A program made the position numbers and the translations under genes. This document shows positions 40,165 to 50,127 of a stretch of 64,000 nucleotides of DNA, piece after piece. The notes beneath the pieces were generated by a model. It saw only the letters and a program-made list of their open reading frames with translations, had not been told where the DNA came from and did no database searches. Within the stretch, counting starts at the first letter, position 1. The number at the start of each line of letters is the position of its first letter. The stretch is from Verrucomicrobiota bacterium (lineage in GTDB: Bacteria > Verrucomicrobiota > Kiritimatiellia > JAHIZV01). Location of the stretch: positions 4,342-68,341 of the forward strand of contig JAHIZV010000139.1 in assembly GCA_018814445.1 (NCBI GenBank). The letters are read 5' to 3'.

Positions 40165-40227
40165 GAGAAGAGCGTGGTCCAGCATCCCATCATGTATCTC
40201 CCTGTGCCCATGTCTTCGCAGTAAAGA

Positions 40228-40917
40228 TCATCCTCTCCTCGGACCAAACAAGTCCGTGCCGACGCGAATATATGTCGCGCCTTCTTCGATGGCGACTTCG
40301 AAATCGTGCGACATCCCCATCGAAAGGTCAGCCAATGGAAAACCCCATTCCGTTTCACAACGTGTCTTCAATCCGGCAAGCTCGCGAAAGTGTCCACGCG
40401 CTTTTTCCGGGTCATCCGACCAGGGAGGCATAGTCATCAGCCCGCGCACCTCTATGTGCGGGCAGTTGACCGTTGATTCGAGCAGGTCCTGCAGATCGTC
40501 GGGATTCACCCCGAACTTCGCCGGCTCGCCGGAGACGTTCACCTCCACGAAGATCGGCATGATCTTGCCCAACTCCGCACAGGCCGCTTCAACGGATTCG
40601 AGCAGGAGGACGGAGTCGACGGAATGAATCATGTCGAACACGCGCACGGCCCGCCTTACCTTGTTCCGCTGGAGGTGACCGATAAGATGCCATGTGATCT
40701 GTCCCGGACAACGCGGAATTTTCGCCTCTGCTTCCTGGACCTTGCTCTCACCAAAGACGATCAGCCCGCAATCAGCCGCTTCGGCAATCTCCTCGGGTCC
40801 GCGCGTCTTGGAGACTGCCACCAGTGTTATGCAGGACGGATCACGGCCGCATCTCCCGCATGCGCTGTTGATGCGTGCCTGTACGGCAGTCCATCTTTCC
40901 TCAAACGACGTCTCCAT
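40228..40917 (-). CDS. yggS: PLP homeostasis protein YggS
   Basis: AVSKT, WHLIGHLQRNK, LSMGMSHDF, RVGT; upstream of proC. Confidence 0.96.
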   Translation of the reverse strand: METSFEERWTAVQARINSACGRCGRDPSCITLVAVSKTRGPEEIAEAADCGLIVFGESKVQEAEAKIPRCPGQITWHLIGHLQRNKVRRAVRVFDMIHSVDSVLLLESVEAACAELGKIMPIFVEVNVSGEPAKFGVNPDDLQDLLESTVNCPHIEVRGLMTMPPWSDDPEKARGHFRELAGLKTRCETEWGFPLADLSMGMSHDFEVAIEEGATYIRVGTDLFGPRRG

Positions 40918-40925
40918 ACGTTCAT

Positions 40926-41059
40926 ACTTCCAGACATTGGAAGTTCATGGCGAGAAATTTCCGAACCTTGGAAGCAAAGCAAGTGTTGAGTCAGGGGCCC
41001 GTAATCGTAATCATAATCCTACTCCTGATCTCTGCCTGTCGATTACGATTAGGATTACG
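40926..41059. repeat. Two TTCC/GGAA palindromes and an inverted pair of hexamer arrays (GTAATC)n/(GATTAC)n
   Basis: ACTTCCAGACATTGGAAGT, TTCCGAACCTTGGAA; gtaatc gtaatc ataatc ... gattac gattag gattac. Confidence 0.8.
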
Positions 41060-41070
41060 AAAGGATAGGG

Positions 41071-41361
41071 ATGGTCATGGAACACACAGAAGTACAACTC
41101 AGCACCAGGAAGGCCGACGGTTATGTAATTCCTGCAGGCCCCTTCAACCTTGTTGCGGTTCTGACCGATGCGGGCATGATCGGATGCGGCGCTTTTGACG
41201 TGAAGGCGCTCGACGCCTTCAGCTATCCGGCAGTCAGGATCTCCGGCGTGGCCACGATCGACGACCTTCTGAACGGCATCGTGAAAGAAGCGAACACAAA
41301 CGCCCAGGCCCGCGGCATCAAGGAAGGCATGACCGGCCGGGAAGCGGCGGAGCTGCTTTAA
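41071..41361 (+). CDS. YunC/DUF1805 family protein
   Basis: GMIGCGAFDV, GVATIDDLL, GIKEGMTGREA. Confidence 0.88.
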   Translation: MVMEHTEVQLSTRKADGYVIPAGPFNLVAVLTDAGMIGCGAFDVKALDAFSYPAVRISGVATIDDLLNGIVKEANTNAQARGIKEGMTGREAAELL

Positions 41362-41423
41362 GTGAATGGGAGGTATCTCCCACTCTCCCATTCTCCCTTT
41401 CCCCCACTCTCCCCTTCCAGGCT

Positions 41424-44387
41424 TTAGGGCAGCTTCACTCCCGTCCGATAGAAGCTCTTCAGAGCGACATTGGTAATGGCGAACGTGACCGCTCCGCCGT
41501 TCGGCGCACCCGGAATATCGTATTTCATCGGAATCCACGCGCCACCACCCGTCACGCGATCACGTGACCACACGTCGTACACCCGGCTGTTGGTCGTCGG
41601 AGGCCCCGCCTGCAGGACGATGACTCCGAAGCCGTCCAGATTCGTGATCGAGTTGTCGAAGTACGATCCGCCGTTCGTCGGAATCGTATCGGCAATCCAT
41701 TCTTCCCCGTTGGAGGCAGGGTCGGCATCGCCGTTCGACTGCGCGTCGGCATTCGTGATGCCTCCGAAGTACTTCATCTCCCACCAGTCAGGAATGCCAT
41801 CACCATCCGTATCGCCAAGTCCCGGGGCGCCGAAGAAGGCGTCATCCACTTTCAGAGACTTATTACCCGGGGCCTCGTTTCTATGCCATTGAGCGAGCAC
41901 GACGGGCCGGACTTCAAACAGTTCAACATCGGTACAGGTACCCACCACCGAGTACTGCCGCCACACGTAATCCTTCGGTACGGTGATATTCGTCACACTG
42001 TCCGGTTGAACCTTGTTGAAGTTCCTGTCGAGCCACTCGATCCTCAATTCCGTGTTGGTGAGGTCGATCGCATCTTCGGCCTGCATCCAGACCGCAAACT
42101 GATAGGTTCCGGTCGATATGTTCAAGCCCTGGCTCAGGGCCCCGGTATACGTCAGGTTGTTCGTCAGATAGCCTTTGAATCCGCCACCCCAGGCGCCGGA
42201 TTTAGCCGCCCAGGACTCCTTGCTGACCCAATCGCTGACAACGGGATCCCAGTACCCCCCGTGAAACGCGTTTGTGCCTATTTCGAAGCTGGCGTTGGCC
42301 AGCTCGTGCACACCGGTAAATCCGCCGCTGTACAACTCGGCGTTGTCCAGAATCACGGCTTCGTGGAACGGATGCGTGCCGGCGTTCCAGCCCGCTGCGA
42401 CGACCGGACGAACAGTTAGAGCGTCGGCGTTCGTGTACGTGCTGTTCACGTAGACGCGATGCCATCGCTCGTCCGCCGGAATGCTTGCGGCAGACAGCGT
42501 GTCGACGTGCACGTTCTGCATGGCGGTGTTATACCACTCGAGCTTTATGTCCAGCGTGTTCACGGCCGCGCCCAGCATGCGCTTGACGAAGATCGAGAAA
42601 GTGTAGTTTGACTCCGTTGCCGAGACATCCTGATAGAGGCCTCCGCCCCCGGCGGTCCAGCTTGCAAAGTACGCGCCGCGCTCCCCTTCATAGGCAGCCC
42701 AGTCAGCCCTGGCGATGTTGCCATACGTGCCCCAGAATGCGTTCGCGAAATCGTTAGCGAGCGGAGTTTCGAAGTCCGCATTCTGCAGAGTTGCGTGTCT
42801 GACAGGATTGAGCGTTACGGAATAGTCGCGTCCTTCCGGCGCATCCGCAAACAGTTGCGCGAGGTTATTCGTCGTTGTGTCCGTGCCGGAAGCAACCAGA
42901 TATCGCCGGTCCGTTTCCTGCACTCCATTAGTCGAGCGGAGATATGGGGCGTAGTAGAGTGGAATCTGATTCGTGTAGAGAATATTGCTGTCGTCTCGCG
43001 GGAAGCCCTGAGTGTACGACCAGAGATCAAGCATCTTACTGCCTGCGGCGGGCATCCCATGGAATCCACCCGTACCCACAGTCACTGTACCCACGCGTGT
43101 CATCATCACGTACAGGTTCGTCCACGCGAGGGTGTCCGGCTTCTGCCAGGACATACGCAGGCTCACATCACTTCCCTCATCGCCGTACAGGGCCGCGTCC
43201 GGGTCCGCCAGCACGTAGAACATCATATTCGAACTCGCATAGTCCACCTGCAGGAAAGCCCCGACATTTGTTCCCGGCACCTGTTCAAGCGATGATTTCT
43301 TGCCGGCCGCGTTGTGATACGTCCAGTCCTCCTGAAGCGAACTGCCATCGTAGATTCCATGAAGGAACCTGGCGTCATCGACACGCGCCGCTTTGGAAGC
43401 TACCGGGTTCGTATTGCCGTCCCACTCATAGAGAATGACCGGACGGACCTCCCACAGAGCGGCGTTGTTACAGGTTCCCGTCACAGAGTACTCGCGCCAG
43501 ACGTTGTCGTTCGAAACGGTGATCGAGGAGATCGCGTCCGGACACACCTTGTTAGTGAGAGAGCTGTCATAAAACTCCAGGCGGAGTTCCGCATTGGTCA
43601 ACAGGAAGTTCTGCTCGCGTGAAGACCAGATAACAAAAGTGTACGTACCGGTTCCGGGATATACGGGCTGGGCGCCGTGCATTTCAAATCCTGAGCCTTC
43701 ATCCCATCCGAACAGGGCCACGCCCCATGCACCCGAGCGGTCACCCCAGTCACGGCGGCCAAAGCGCTGATCGAGCGTCGAAGAGCTCCACTTGCCCAAA
43801 TGCCAGTCATCCGGCAAGCCCTCTTCGAAACTGCCGCTCTCCAGGTACAGCGAACCGGGCGACTCGCCCTGCACGAGAACAGCGTCATCAAACATAAGAA
43901 CGTCCGACCCTCCGCCGAGAGGAGGGTTCCACGTTCCCGAAACAACCGCGCGAACATTCCCGAGTGAAGGACTCGTCGCCACGCCGGATACCTTCAGAAG
44001 ATGCCAGAGATCATCGCCCGGAACGGTTGCGTAGTTGACCATGGTGTCTGCCTGGACTTTCGAGGCAAGGCCCGCGTCCCAGAACTCGATTTTGACTTCA
44101 AGATTCGTGATATCGACGTTATGCCGTTTTTGAGACCAGATCGTGAACGAGTACAGGCCGGTCTGCGTCGCCGAAACGGCCTGATAAATCTCACCTGTCC
44201 CGGGATTCCAGCCATTGAACGCGACGCCGTTCGACACACTCCGCGCCGACCACCAACCCCAGGTGGCATCGTTGTTGACTGTCCACTGTGTGTTCGTTTC
44301 GAACCCTGGGTCATTCAATAGATTCGCCTGAGACATCGAGACTGAAAAGAGAAGCAGAATAACTGTCAGGACACTGAACTTTCGCAT
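41424..44387 (-). CDS. Large secreted protein with four CBM4/9/22-like jelly-roll repeats and a C-terminal module
   Basis: Signal peptide; four units starting L.(N/D/E)..FE and ending DDA/DNA; DTDGDGIPDWWE; ends FYRTGVKLP. Confidence 0.8.
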   Translation of the reverse strand: MRKFSVLTVILLLFSVSMSQANLLNDPGFETNTQWTVNNDATWGWWSARSVSNGVAFNGWNPGTGEIYQAVSATQTGLYSFTIWSQKRHNVDITNLEVKIEFWDAGLASKVQADTMVNYATVPGDDLWHLLKVSGVATSPSLGNVRAVVSGTWNPPLGGGSDVLMFDDAVLVQGESPGSLYLESGSFEEGLPDDWHLGKWSSSTLDQRFGRRDWGDRSGAWGVALFGWDEGSGFEMHGAQPVYPGTGTYTFVIWSSREQNFLLTNAELRLEFYDSSLTNKVCPDAISSITVSNDNVWREYSVTGTCNNAALWEVRPVILYEWDGNTNPVASKAARVDDARFLHGIYDGSSLQEDWTYHNAAGKKSSLEQVPGTNVGAFLQVDYASSNMMFYVLADPDAALYGDEGSDVSLRMSWQKPDTLAWTNLYVMMTRVGTVTVGTGGFHGMPAAGSKMLDLWSYTQGFPRDDSNILYTNQIPLYYAPYLRSTNGVQETDRRYLVASGTDTTTNNLAQLFADAPEGRDYSVTLNPVRHATLQNADFETPLANDFANAFWGTYGNIARADWAAYEGERGAYFASWTAGGGGLYQDVSATESNYTFSIFVKRMLGAAVNTLDIKLEWYNTAMQNVHVDTLSAASIPADERWHRVYVNSTYTNADALTVRPVVAAGWNAGTHPFHEAVILDNAELYSGGFTGVHELANASFEIGTNAFHGGYWDPVVSDWVSKESWAAKSGAWGGGFKGYLTNNLTYTGALSQGLNISTGTYQFAVWMQAEDAIDLTNTELRIEWLDRNFNKVQPDSVTNITVPKDYVWRQYSVVGTCTDVELFEVRPVVLAQWHRNEAPGNKSLKVDDAFFGAPGLGDTDGDGIPDWWEMKYFGGITNADAQSNGDADPASNGEEWIADTIPTNGGSYFDNSITNLDGFGVIVLQAGPPTTNSRVYDVWSRDRVTGGGAWIPMKYDIPGAPNGGAVTFAITNVALKSFYRTGVKLP

Positions 44388-44531
44388 TGCAGAGACTCCT
44401 TAATTTGCCGAGGCCGTGAATATCTAATCTACACCGTCACGACCAAGAGTTGAGAGCTAAAGAAAGTGAAAAGCTGATTTACCAATCCATCAACAAATGA
44501 ATGCGCTGCATTCACTCTTACTATATATGCA

Positions 44532-44575
44532 TGTAAACGATTACATATAATGAAGGCATTGATGTCTGTCAATGC
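44532..44575 (-). promoter_or_regulatory. Sigma70-like promoter with an overlapping LacI-type operator
   Basis: TTGACA(44572-44567)-17 nt-TATATG(44549-44544); palindrome TGTAAACGATTACA at 44532-44545. Confidence 0.6.
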
Positions 44576-44688
44576 TTGCTTATCGTCTTGGCCCGCCGTC
44601 TTGCGCCATGGACGCGACCGAGGACCGATGAAGACCGACAAAACTACGGGTTTCCAATGACGCGCGCGAAGCGCGTGCTGACGGGACT

Positions 44689-45807
44689 CTACTTTTCCCG
44701 CTTCTCTATGCCGACTGTCAATGGTCTGCCGGGATCACCCGCCAGGTAGGTCGTCTGCGACGGGAAGGCGAAGTCTATGCCCTCTTCGCTGAAGCGACGC
44801 AGGATTTCCATGTTCACCTTTTCGTTGAATGCGCAGTAAGCCCAGTAGTCGGGTGGATGGAACCAGTAAAGCACCATAATGTTGAGCGAGCTGTCGTTGA
44901 ATTCGTTGAAGAACACGCGAGGCGGGAAGTCTTCTTTCATCCCCTCATGATCCTTGAGGATATCTTTGAGAATCTCCACTGCCCTGTCGACTTTTTCCGG
45001 AGGCGTGTCGTAGGTAATCATGATGTTCATCACACGCTTTATATAAGGACGCTTGCCGATGTTCTGGATGATCTTGTTTGCGAGGTCAGCATTCGGAACA
45101 GTGACGAGATGCCCGTCCAAAGTCCGAATTCGCGTCGATCGGAATCCCACCTCTTCGACCGGACCGTCAAAGCTGTCCACCACGATGCGGTCACCAAGCT
45201 CAAAAGGCTTGTCCGCAAAAATGACCAGCGACCCGAAAAAGTTCTTCAGCGTGTCCTGGGCCGCAAGCGCGATGGCTATGCCGCCGACACCGAGCCCGGC
45301 AATGATCGACGTGATCGGTTTATCGCTGAGTGCCTGCGCTATCTGGACAAGAACCAGAACTACAACGGTCACCTTCAAACTCTTGCGAACCATCGGCACA
45401 AGCATGTCATCCAGTTTACTTGCAGTCCGTGATGCGAGGCGGGTGAGCCAGACGTTGACGACATCAACAAGACAGTAGACGACGAAGCCGACGGCGGCGC
45501 AGACAACAATCTGCGTCACATCGTCGGCCAGACCCGCGACACCCTCACCGAGAACGAGTACCTTGACTCCCTGGCGTAGACCGATGCCGAAGCCGACGAG
45601 CAGTGATGAGCGGCCGATAGCGCGGCATGTACTGGCGACGATCGGCTTGCGTTCCGAATCCAGCCTCTTTGCCGCCGCGGACAGAAAGTACTTCACGGTC
45701 TGCCCGACAGCGAGACCGGCCAGGATGGACCCGAAGAGAGTCAGAATCCGCCACCACTCATTTGCACCGACTCCCGTTGTCTGCAATGTTGTCAAAAGAT
45801 TCGTCAT
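44689..45807 (-). CDS. Mechanosensitive channel, MscS family
   Basis: GLGVGGIAIALAAQD, DKPFELGD, VGFRSTRIRT. Confidence 0.93.
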   Translation of the reverse strand: MTNLLTTLQTTGVGANEWWRILTLFGSILAGLAVGQTVKYFLSAAAKRLDSERKPIVASTCRAIGRSSLLVGFGIGLRQGVKVLVLGEGVAGLADDVTQIVVCAAVGFVVYCLVDVVNVWLTRLASRTASKLDDMLVPMVRKSLKVTVVVLVLVQIAQALSDKPITSIIAGLGVGGIAIALAAQDTLKNFFGSLVIFADKPFELGDRIVVDSFDGPVEEVGFRSTRIRTLDGHLVTVPNADLANKIIQNIGKRPYIKRVMNIMITYDTPPEKVDRAVEILKDILKDHEGMKEDFPPRVFFNEFNDSSLNIMVLYWFHPPDYWAYCAFNEKVNMEILRRFSEEGIDFAFPSQTTYLAGDPGRPLTVGIEKREK

Positions 45808-45927
45808 GCGGAATACCTCAGTCTCGGAACTTCCTCACATCTACAGGAAAGCCGCGGAGCAACAAGCAGTTTTTTTCGCGAGCACACGCTTGCATGCGCG
45901 GAGTCGCGCCGATTATCATGATTACGT

Positions 45928-46707
45928 ATGGACATTGCCTCTCTTTGGGATCCTTTTGAATTGCCGCCGGGCCGATGCACTCACTGGCAGATCGGGCCTC
46001 TCGATCTCTGGATTCGCCGAACGGCGCTGGAATGGCATATCGCGTCCTCACGGGATCCACTGAAGGAAGAGCGCCTGAAGGTGGAGAATGATGCGAATCC
46101 CGGCGAAGATCTGAATTGGCGGCGCTGGACGGCCGGCAAGGACCAGACCCGGGTTCAGTTGACGGCAGTCATGCCCGACCGGCCGATCATCATCAGGCCC
46201 GACGGCGCCTTCACGGTCCTCCCCCACGAGGAAGTCCAATTCTTCGTGGGCATACCCGTCTGGATAAGTGTAAAGGCCGGTGACAACGAACTCCAGGAGA
46301 TGGCGACGTTGGTTCTCACCAATTCGTGGTTTGGCGACCCGACCGACGGGGAACTCTGTTACGGCCTGCTCACGACTGCCAAGCGCACTCCCGAAGATCT
46401 CCACAACCGGCCTTACCGGGCGGTGTGCCCGATCCGGATCAAGAACTCTTCAGACGAGAACCTCGATTTCCAACGTCTCTGCCTGCGCACGCAATTTCTG
46501 ACCGTGTTCCTCGGAAAGAACCACCTGTGGACCTCGGAGGGCCGGGTGACCTACCGCGGCGAAGCCAAATTCAGCCGGCTCATATACGGACGGAACGCAC
46601 CGGAATTCGATGACGCGGAAAGAAAAATTGGAGAGGCACGCAAATCGCCGGAACGCGGGCTCTGGGCAAAGTCGTTTGACGGATTGCGCTCTTACGTTGA
46701 TCTATAA
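45928..46707 (+). CDS. DUF432-like protein
   Basis: MPDRPIIIRP, SWFGDPTDGELCY, LWTS; directly precedes MscS. Confidence 0.7.
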   Translation: MDIASLWDPFELPPGRCTHWQIGPLDLWIRRTALEWHIASSRDPLKEERLKVENDANPGEDLNWRRWTAGKDQTRVQLTAVMPDRPIIIRPDGAFTVLPHEEVQFFVGIPVWISVKAGDNELQEMATLVLTNSWFGDPTDGELCYGLLTTAKRTPEDLHNRPYRAVCPIRIKNSSDENLDFQRLCLRTQFLTVFLGKNHLWTSEGRVTYRGEAKFSRLIYGRNAPEFDDAERKIGEARKSPERGLWAKSFDGLRSYVDL

Positions 46708-46717
46708 GTAGAAGACC

Positions 46718-47617
46718 ATGACAAATGTTGTTACAGAGGCACTGCAGACCATGCAACTGCACCACTACGCACCACTGATTCGGGCCGTCCTGCTGCTCGT
46801 CATCGGGTTGCCGATCTTCAAGGCACTTTCAACCATCATGGCCCGGTTTCTGAAGGGACACGTTTCGGATCAATCGGTGCTTCTTCTGTCCAAGTCCGTC
46901 CTTTACGGGGGATCGACTCTTCTTCTGATCATGTTCATGCGCGAACTCGGCTTCAAACTGACGACCCTTCTCGGCGCAGCGGGGATCGCGGGCGTGGCGA
47001 TCGGCTTCGCGTCACAGACCAGCCTCTCGAACCTGATCAGCGGCCTCTTTCTTATCTGGGAGAAACCTTTTCAGATCGGCGATGTGCTGAACGTCGGCGA
47101 CTCGGCCGGAGTTGTTCATTCGATTGATCTTCTGTCCGTGAATCTCCGTACCTTCGACAATCGCTTCATCAGGATTCCGAATGAGAACCTCATCAAGACT
47201 TCCTTCACCAACGTCACGCGCTTCCCTATTCGTCGAATGGACCTTGATATTGGTGTCGCCTATAAAGAGGACGTCGGCAGAGTAACGAAGATCCTGCAGG
47301 AACTTGCCGCGAACAACCCGTACTGTCTTGACGAGCCGGCTCCGCTGGTTCTCTTCAAGGGATTCGGCGATTCGGCACTGGAATTCCTGTTCGGCATCTG
47401 GTTCGTAAAGACCGACTTTGTACAGCTTCGCAACTCGATCATGAGGGAAATCAAGGAGCGCTTAGACGCAGAAGGCATAGAAATCCCATTCCCGCACAGG
47501 ACGCTTTACGCAGGCGCGGCCACCGCCCCCTTCCCCGTGCGCGTCGTGGAAGATCCCGCCGGACTGATTTCACGGACCTCACCCCCAGAAAAGGAGCAGC
47601 AGAACGATGTCTATTAA
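46718..47617 (+). CDS. Mechanosensitive channel, MscS family
   Basis: GAAGIAGVAIGFASQ, KPFQIGD, GIEIPFP. Confidence 0.93.
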   Translation: MTNVVTEALQTMQLHHYAPLIRAVLLLVIGLPIFKALSTIMARFLKGHVSDQSVLLLSKSVLYGGSTLLLIMFMRELGFKLTTLLGAAGIAGVAIGFASQTSLSNLISGLFLIWEKPFQIGDVLNVGDSAGVVHSIDLLSVNLRTFDNRFIRIPNENLIKTSFTNVTRFPIRRMDLDIGVAYKEDVGRVTKILQELAANNPYCLDEPAPLVLFKGFGDSALEFLFGIWFVKTDFVQLRNSIMREIKERLDAEGIEIPFPHRTLYAGAATAPFPVRVVEDPAGLISRTSPPEKEQQNDVY

Positions 47618-49016
47618 GCTCAGTTTCCTCGGAGCCGCGCAAAACGTTACAGGATCATGCTACCTGCTTGAACAGGGCAACCGACGCATAGTCATCGACT
47701 GCGGGATGTTCCAGGAGCGCGACTTCCGAGGGCGCAACTGGGAGCCGTTCCCTGTGGCCCCGAACAGCATTGATACAGTGCTTCTTACTCACGCCCATCT
47801 CGACCACTGCGGTCTGCTTCCGAAACTTGTGAAGGAAGGATTCAAAGGAAAGATCCTCGGCACTCCGGCGTCTCTTGAGATCGCCCAGATCATCATGCTG
47901 GACTCAGGAAAGATCCAGCAGGAAGACGCCGCCTTTAAGAAGAAGCGGCACGAACGCGAGGACCGGAAAGGACCCCATCCTGTTGAGGCGCTTTACACAG
48001 TTGAAGATGCCGAAGCTGTTCCGCCTCTCTTTTCGCCGGTCGAATATGTTAAACCCATCGATCTCGGCGACGGGCTGTCCGCAAGTTTTCACGAGTCCGG
48101 TCATATACTCGGCGCCACATCCATCCGATTGGAGTTCGGTACAAACGGGACGCGGAAGTCGATTCTCTTCTCGGGCGATGTCGGACGCTGGGACTCCCCC
48201 ATCATCCGCGACCCGAACCCTGACACGGGGGCCGATTATGTCGTTACGGAGTCCACCTATGGAAACCGCGTTCACGCCCCCACCGCCGACATTCCTGAGA
48301 AACTGGCTGACATCATCAACTCAACCCGCGAGCGCGGCGGAAACGTCGTGGTGCCCAGCTTCGCCGTGGAACGGACGCAGGAACTACTCTTCCACATGAC
48401 CCTGTTGCGGCAGGCGAAGAAGATTCCGCACCTGATGGTCTTCGTCGACAGCCCCATGGCCATCCGCGTCACTGAAGTGTTCCGCAAACATCCCGAGCTG
48501 TTCGATGAAGAGGCGCGCGAACTGCTCAGGCAGGGGCGGCATCCGTGTGACTTCCCCGGACTGACCATGACGCGGTCGGCCAACGAGTCAAAGGCCATCA
48601 ACCAGATCAAGGGAACCGCCGTGATCATCGCGGGTTCGGGAATGTGCACGGGCGGACGCATCAAACATCACCTCGCCAACAACATCAGCCGCGAAGAAAG
48701 CACGATCATGTTTGTCGGCTACCAGGCGGTCGGCACACTGGGCAGAATCATTCTCGAGAAGCAGCACGAGGAGATACGTATTCACGGTCAGATGTATCCG
48801 CTGCGGGCACGCATAGAGAAGATCAACGGTTTCTCCGCTCACGGAGACAAGAACGAGCTTTTCCGCTGGATCAGTTCGCTCAACAAAGTTCCCCAGCGCG
48901 TCTTCGTGACACACGGGGAAGTGGAGGCGGCGGAAGACTACGCCCAGCTCCTGCGGGACAAGTTGAAATGCGAAGTCACTGTTCCTGAGTACAAGCAGGA
49001 TGTTGTTCTTGATTGA
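47607..49016 (+). CDS. MBL-fold beta-CASP ribonuclease
   Basis: THAHLDHCG, GHILG, SGD, ESTYG, FSAHGD, THGE. Confidence 0.93.
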   Translation: MSIKLSFLGAAQNVTGSCYLLEQGNRRIVIDCGMFQERDFRGRNWEPFPVAPNSIDTVLLTHAHLDHCGLLPKLVKEGFKGKILGTPASLEIAQIIMLDSGKIQQEDAAFKKKRHEREDRKGPHPVEALYTVEDAEAVPPLFSPVEYVKPIDLGDGLSASFHESGHILGATSIRLEFGTNGTRKSILFSGDVGRWDSPIIRDPNPDTGADYVVTESTYGNRVHAPTADIPEKLADIINSTRERGGNVVVPSFAVERTQELLFHMTLLRQAKKIPHLMVFVDSPMAIRVTEVFRKHPELFDEEARELLRQGRHPCDFPGLTMTRSANESKAINQIKGTAVIIAGSGMCTGGRIKHHLANNISREESTIMFVGYQAVGTLGRIILEKQHEEIRIHGQMYPLRARIEKINGFSAHGDKNELFRWISSLNKVPQRVFVTHGEVEAAEDYAQLLRDKLKCEVTVPEYKQDVVLD

Positions 49017-49027
49017 ATGCGAATGGG

Positions 49028-49798
49028 CTACGAATCTGATACCGGCAGGAGGAAACGGAAGCAGGCTCCGCCAAAATCTGAGTCAATCACTTCGATCTTT
49101 CCCCCAAGTTCCCGTACGCACGCTTTGACTGATACGAGTCCCAGGCCATTGCCGTCTTCCTTTGTCGTGTAGAATGGTTTGAAGATTTCCTCCCGGTCTT
49201 CAGGATTCACGCCGGGGCCTGAATCGTGGACTTCCAGAATAACGCACTCATCTTTCCTGATCGCCCTCAATTCCACCTTCCCAATTCCTTCTATTGCCTG
49301 AACCCCGTTCAAGACAAGATTCACAAGCGCCCGGTACAGCAACGCCGGCTTCGCTTTCACTCGAAGCGGCCCGGTAATCCGTGTCGAAAAATCACAATGC
49401 CGCGCGGCTTCATGGCTGCGGATGAATGACATGATTTCACAGAAGACAACGCCAAGGTCGACATCCTCCCCTTCAGCGCACGCTGCTCCCCGCCCGTCGC
49501 GCATCAGCCGAATCGACATCTGTTTGATCTTGTCAACCGCAGAGGCCATCTCCTCAATCGCTCTGACATTCGCGCCCTCCAGATTCGCATCATTTCTGAT
49601 TTCAGCGATATTGAAATCCATGACACCAAGTATGTTGCGAATGTCGTGAGCCACACTGCAGGCGAGCAGACCGGCCATCGCCCGTTTCTCCGCAGAGATC
49701 AACGCTCTTTGCTGCCGCAGAATCACTTCTTCATTCCGGGCGATACGCTTCAGAAGAACGAGTGCGAATACGAACAAAGCAATGGCCGTCACAACCAC
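49028..49798 (-). CDS. Sensor histidine kinase, apparently 5'-truncated
   Basis: AHDIRN H-box, NLVLNG, DSGPG, PFYTTK, GNGLGL; the upstream in-frame ETFKGLAFV segment has no start codon. Confidence 0.75.
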   Translation of the reverse strand: MVVTAIALFVFALVLLKRIARNEEVILRQQRALISAEKRAMAGLLACSVAHDIRNILGVMDFNIAEIRNDANLEGANVRAIEEMASAVDKIKQMSIRLMRDGRGAACAEGEDVDLGVVFCEIMSFIRSHEAARHCDFSTRITGPLRVKAKPALLYRALVNLVLNGVQAIEGIGKVELRAIRKDECVILEVHDSGPGVNPEDREEIFKPFYTTKEDGNGLGLVSVKACVRELGGKIEVIDSDFGGACFRFLLPVSDS

Positions 49799-49893
49799 AA
49801 AGGCCAGTCCCTTGAACGTCTCAATGCCCTCAAGTTGTCTAACAGTCTCAGACAGATGTGCGGCCGCCTGCCGATGTTCTTATCGAAATTGCC

Positions 49894-50106
49894 TCAACCC
49901 TTTCTCCGCCTCACAATCAGGAGTGAAGTCAGCAAGCCCAGACCGAAACCGAGGAGTGCGGCAAGGAACAGCAGGAATGCGCGCGGCATGGTGACCGTGG
50001 CAAAGAGTATCTTCGTTTCAACGGCTGCCGTGTTCTGAAGAACAACGATCGTCAGAAAAAGAATCAGGACCAGAATGACTACCAGTTTGAATTTTGCGCT
50101 TCTCAT
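49894..50106 (-). CDS. LapA/DUF1049-like small membrane protein
   Basis: Two TM helices with a QNT motif; GGAGG RBS. Confidence 0.8.
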   Translation of the reverse strand: MRSAKFKLVVILVLILFLTIVVLQNTAAVETKILFATVTMPRAFLLFLAALLGFGLGLLTSLLIVRRRKG

Positions 50107-50127
50107 AAAATGACCTCCGTTTTACTG

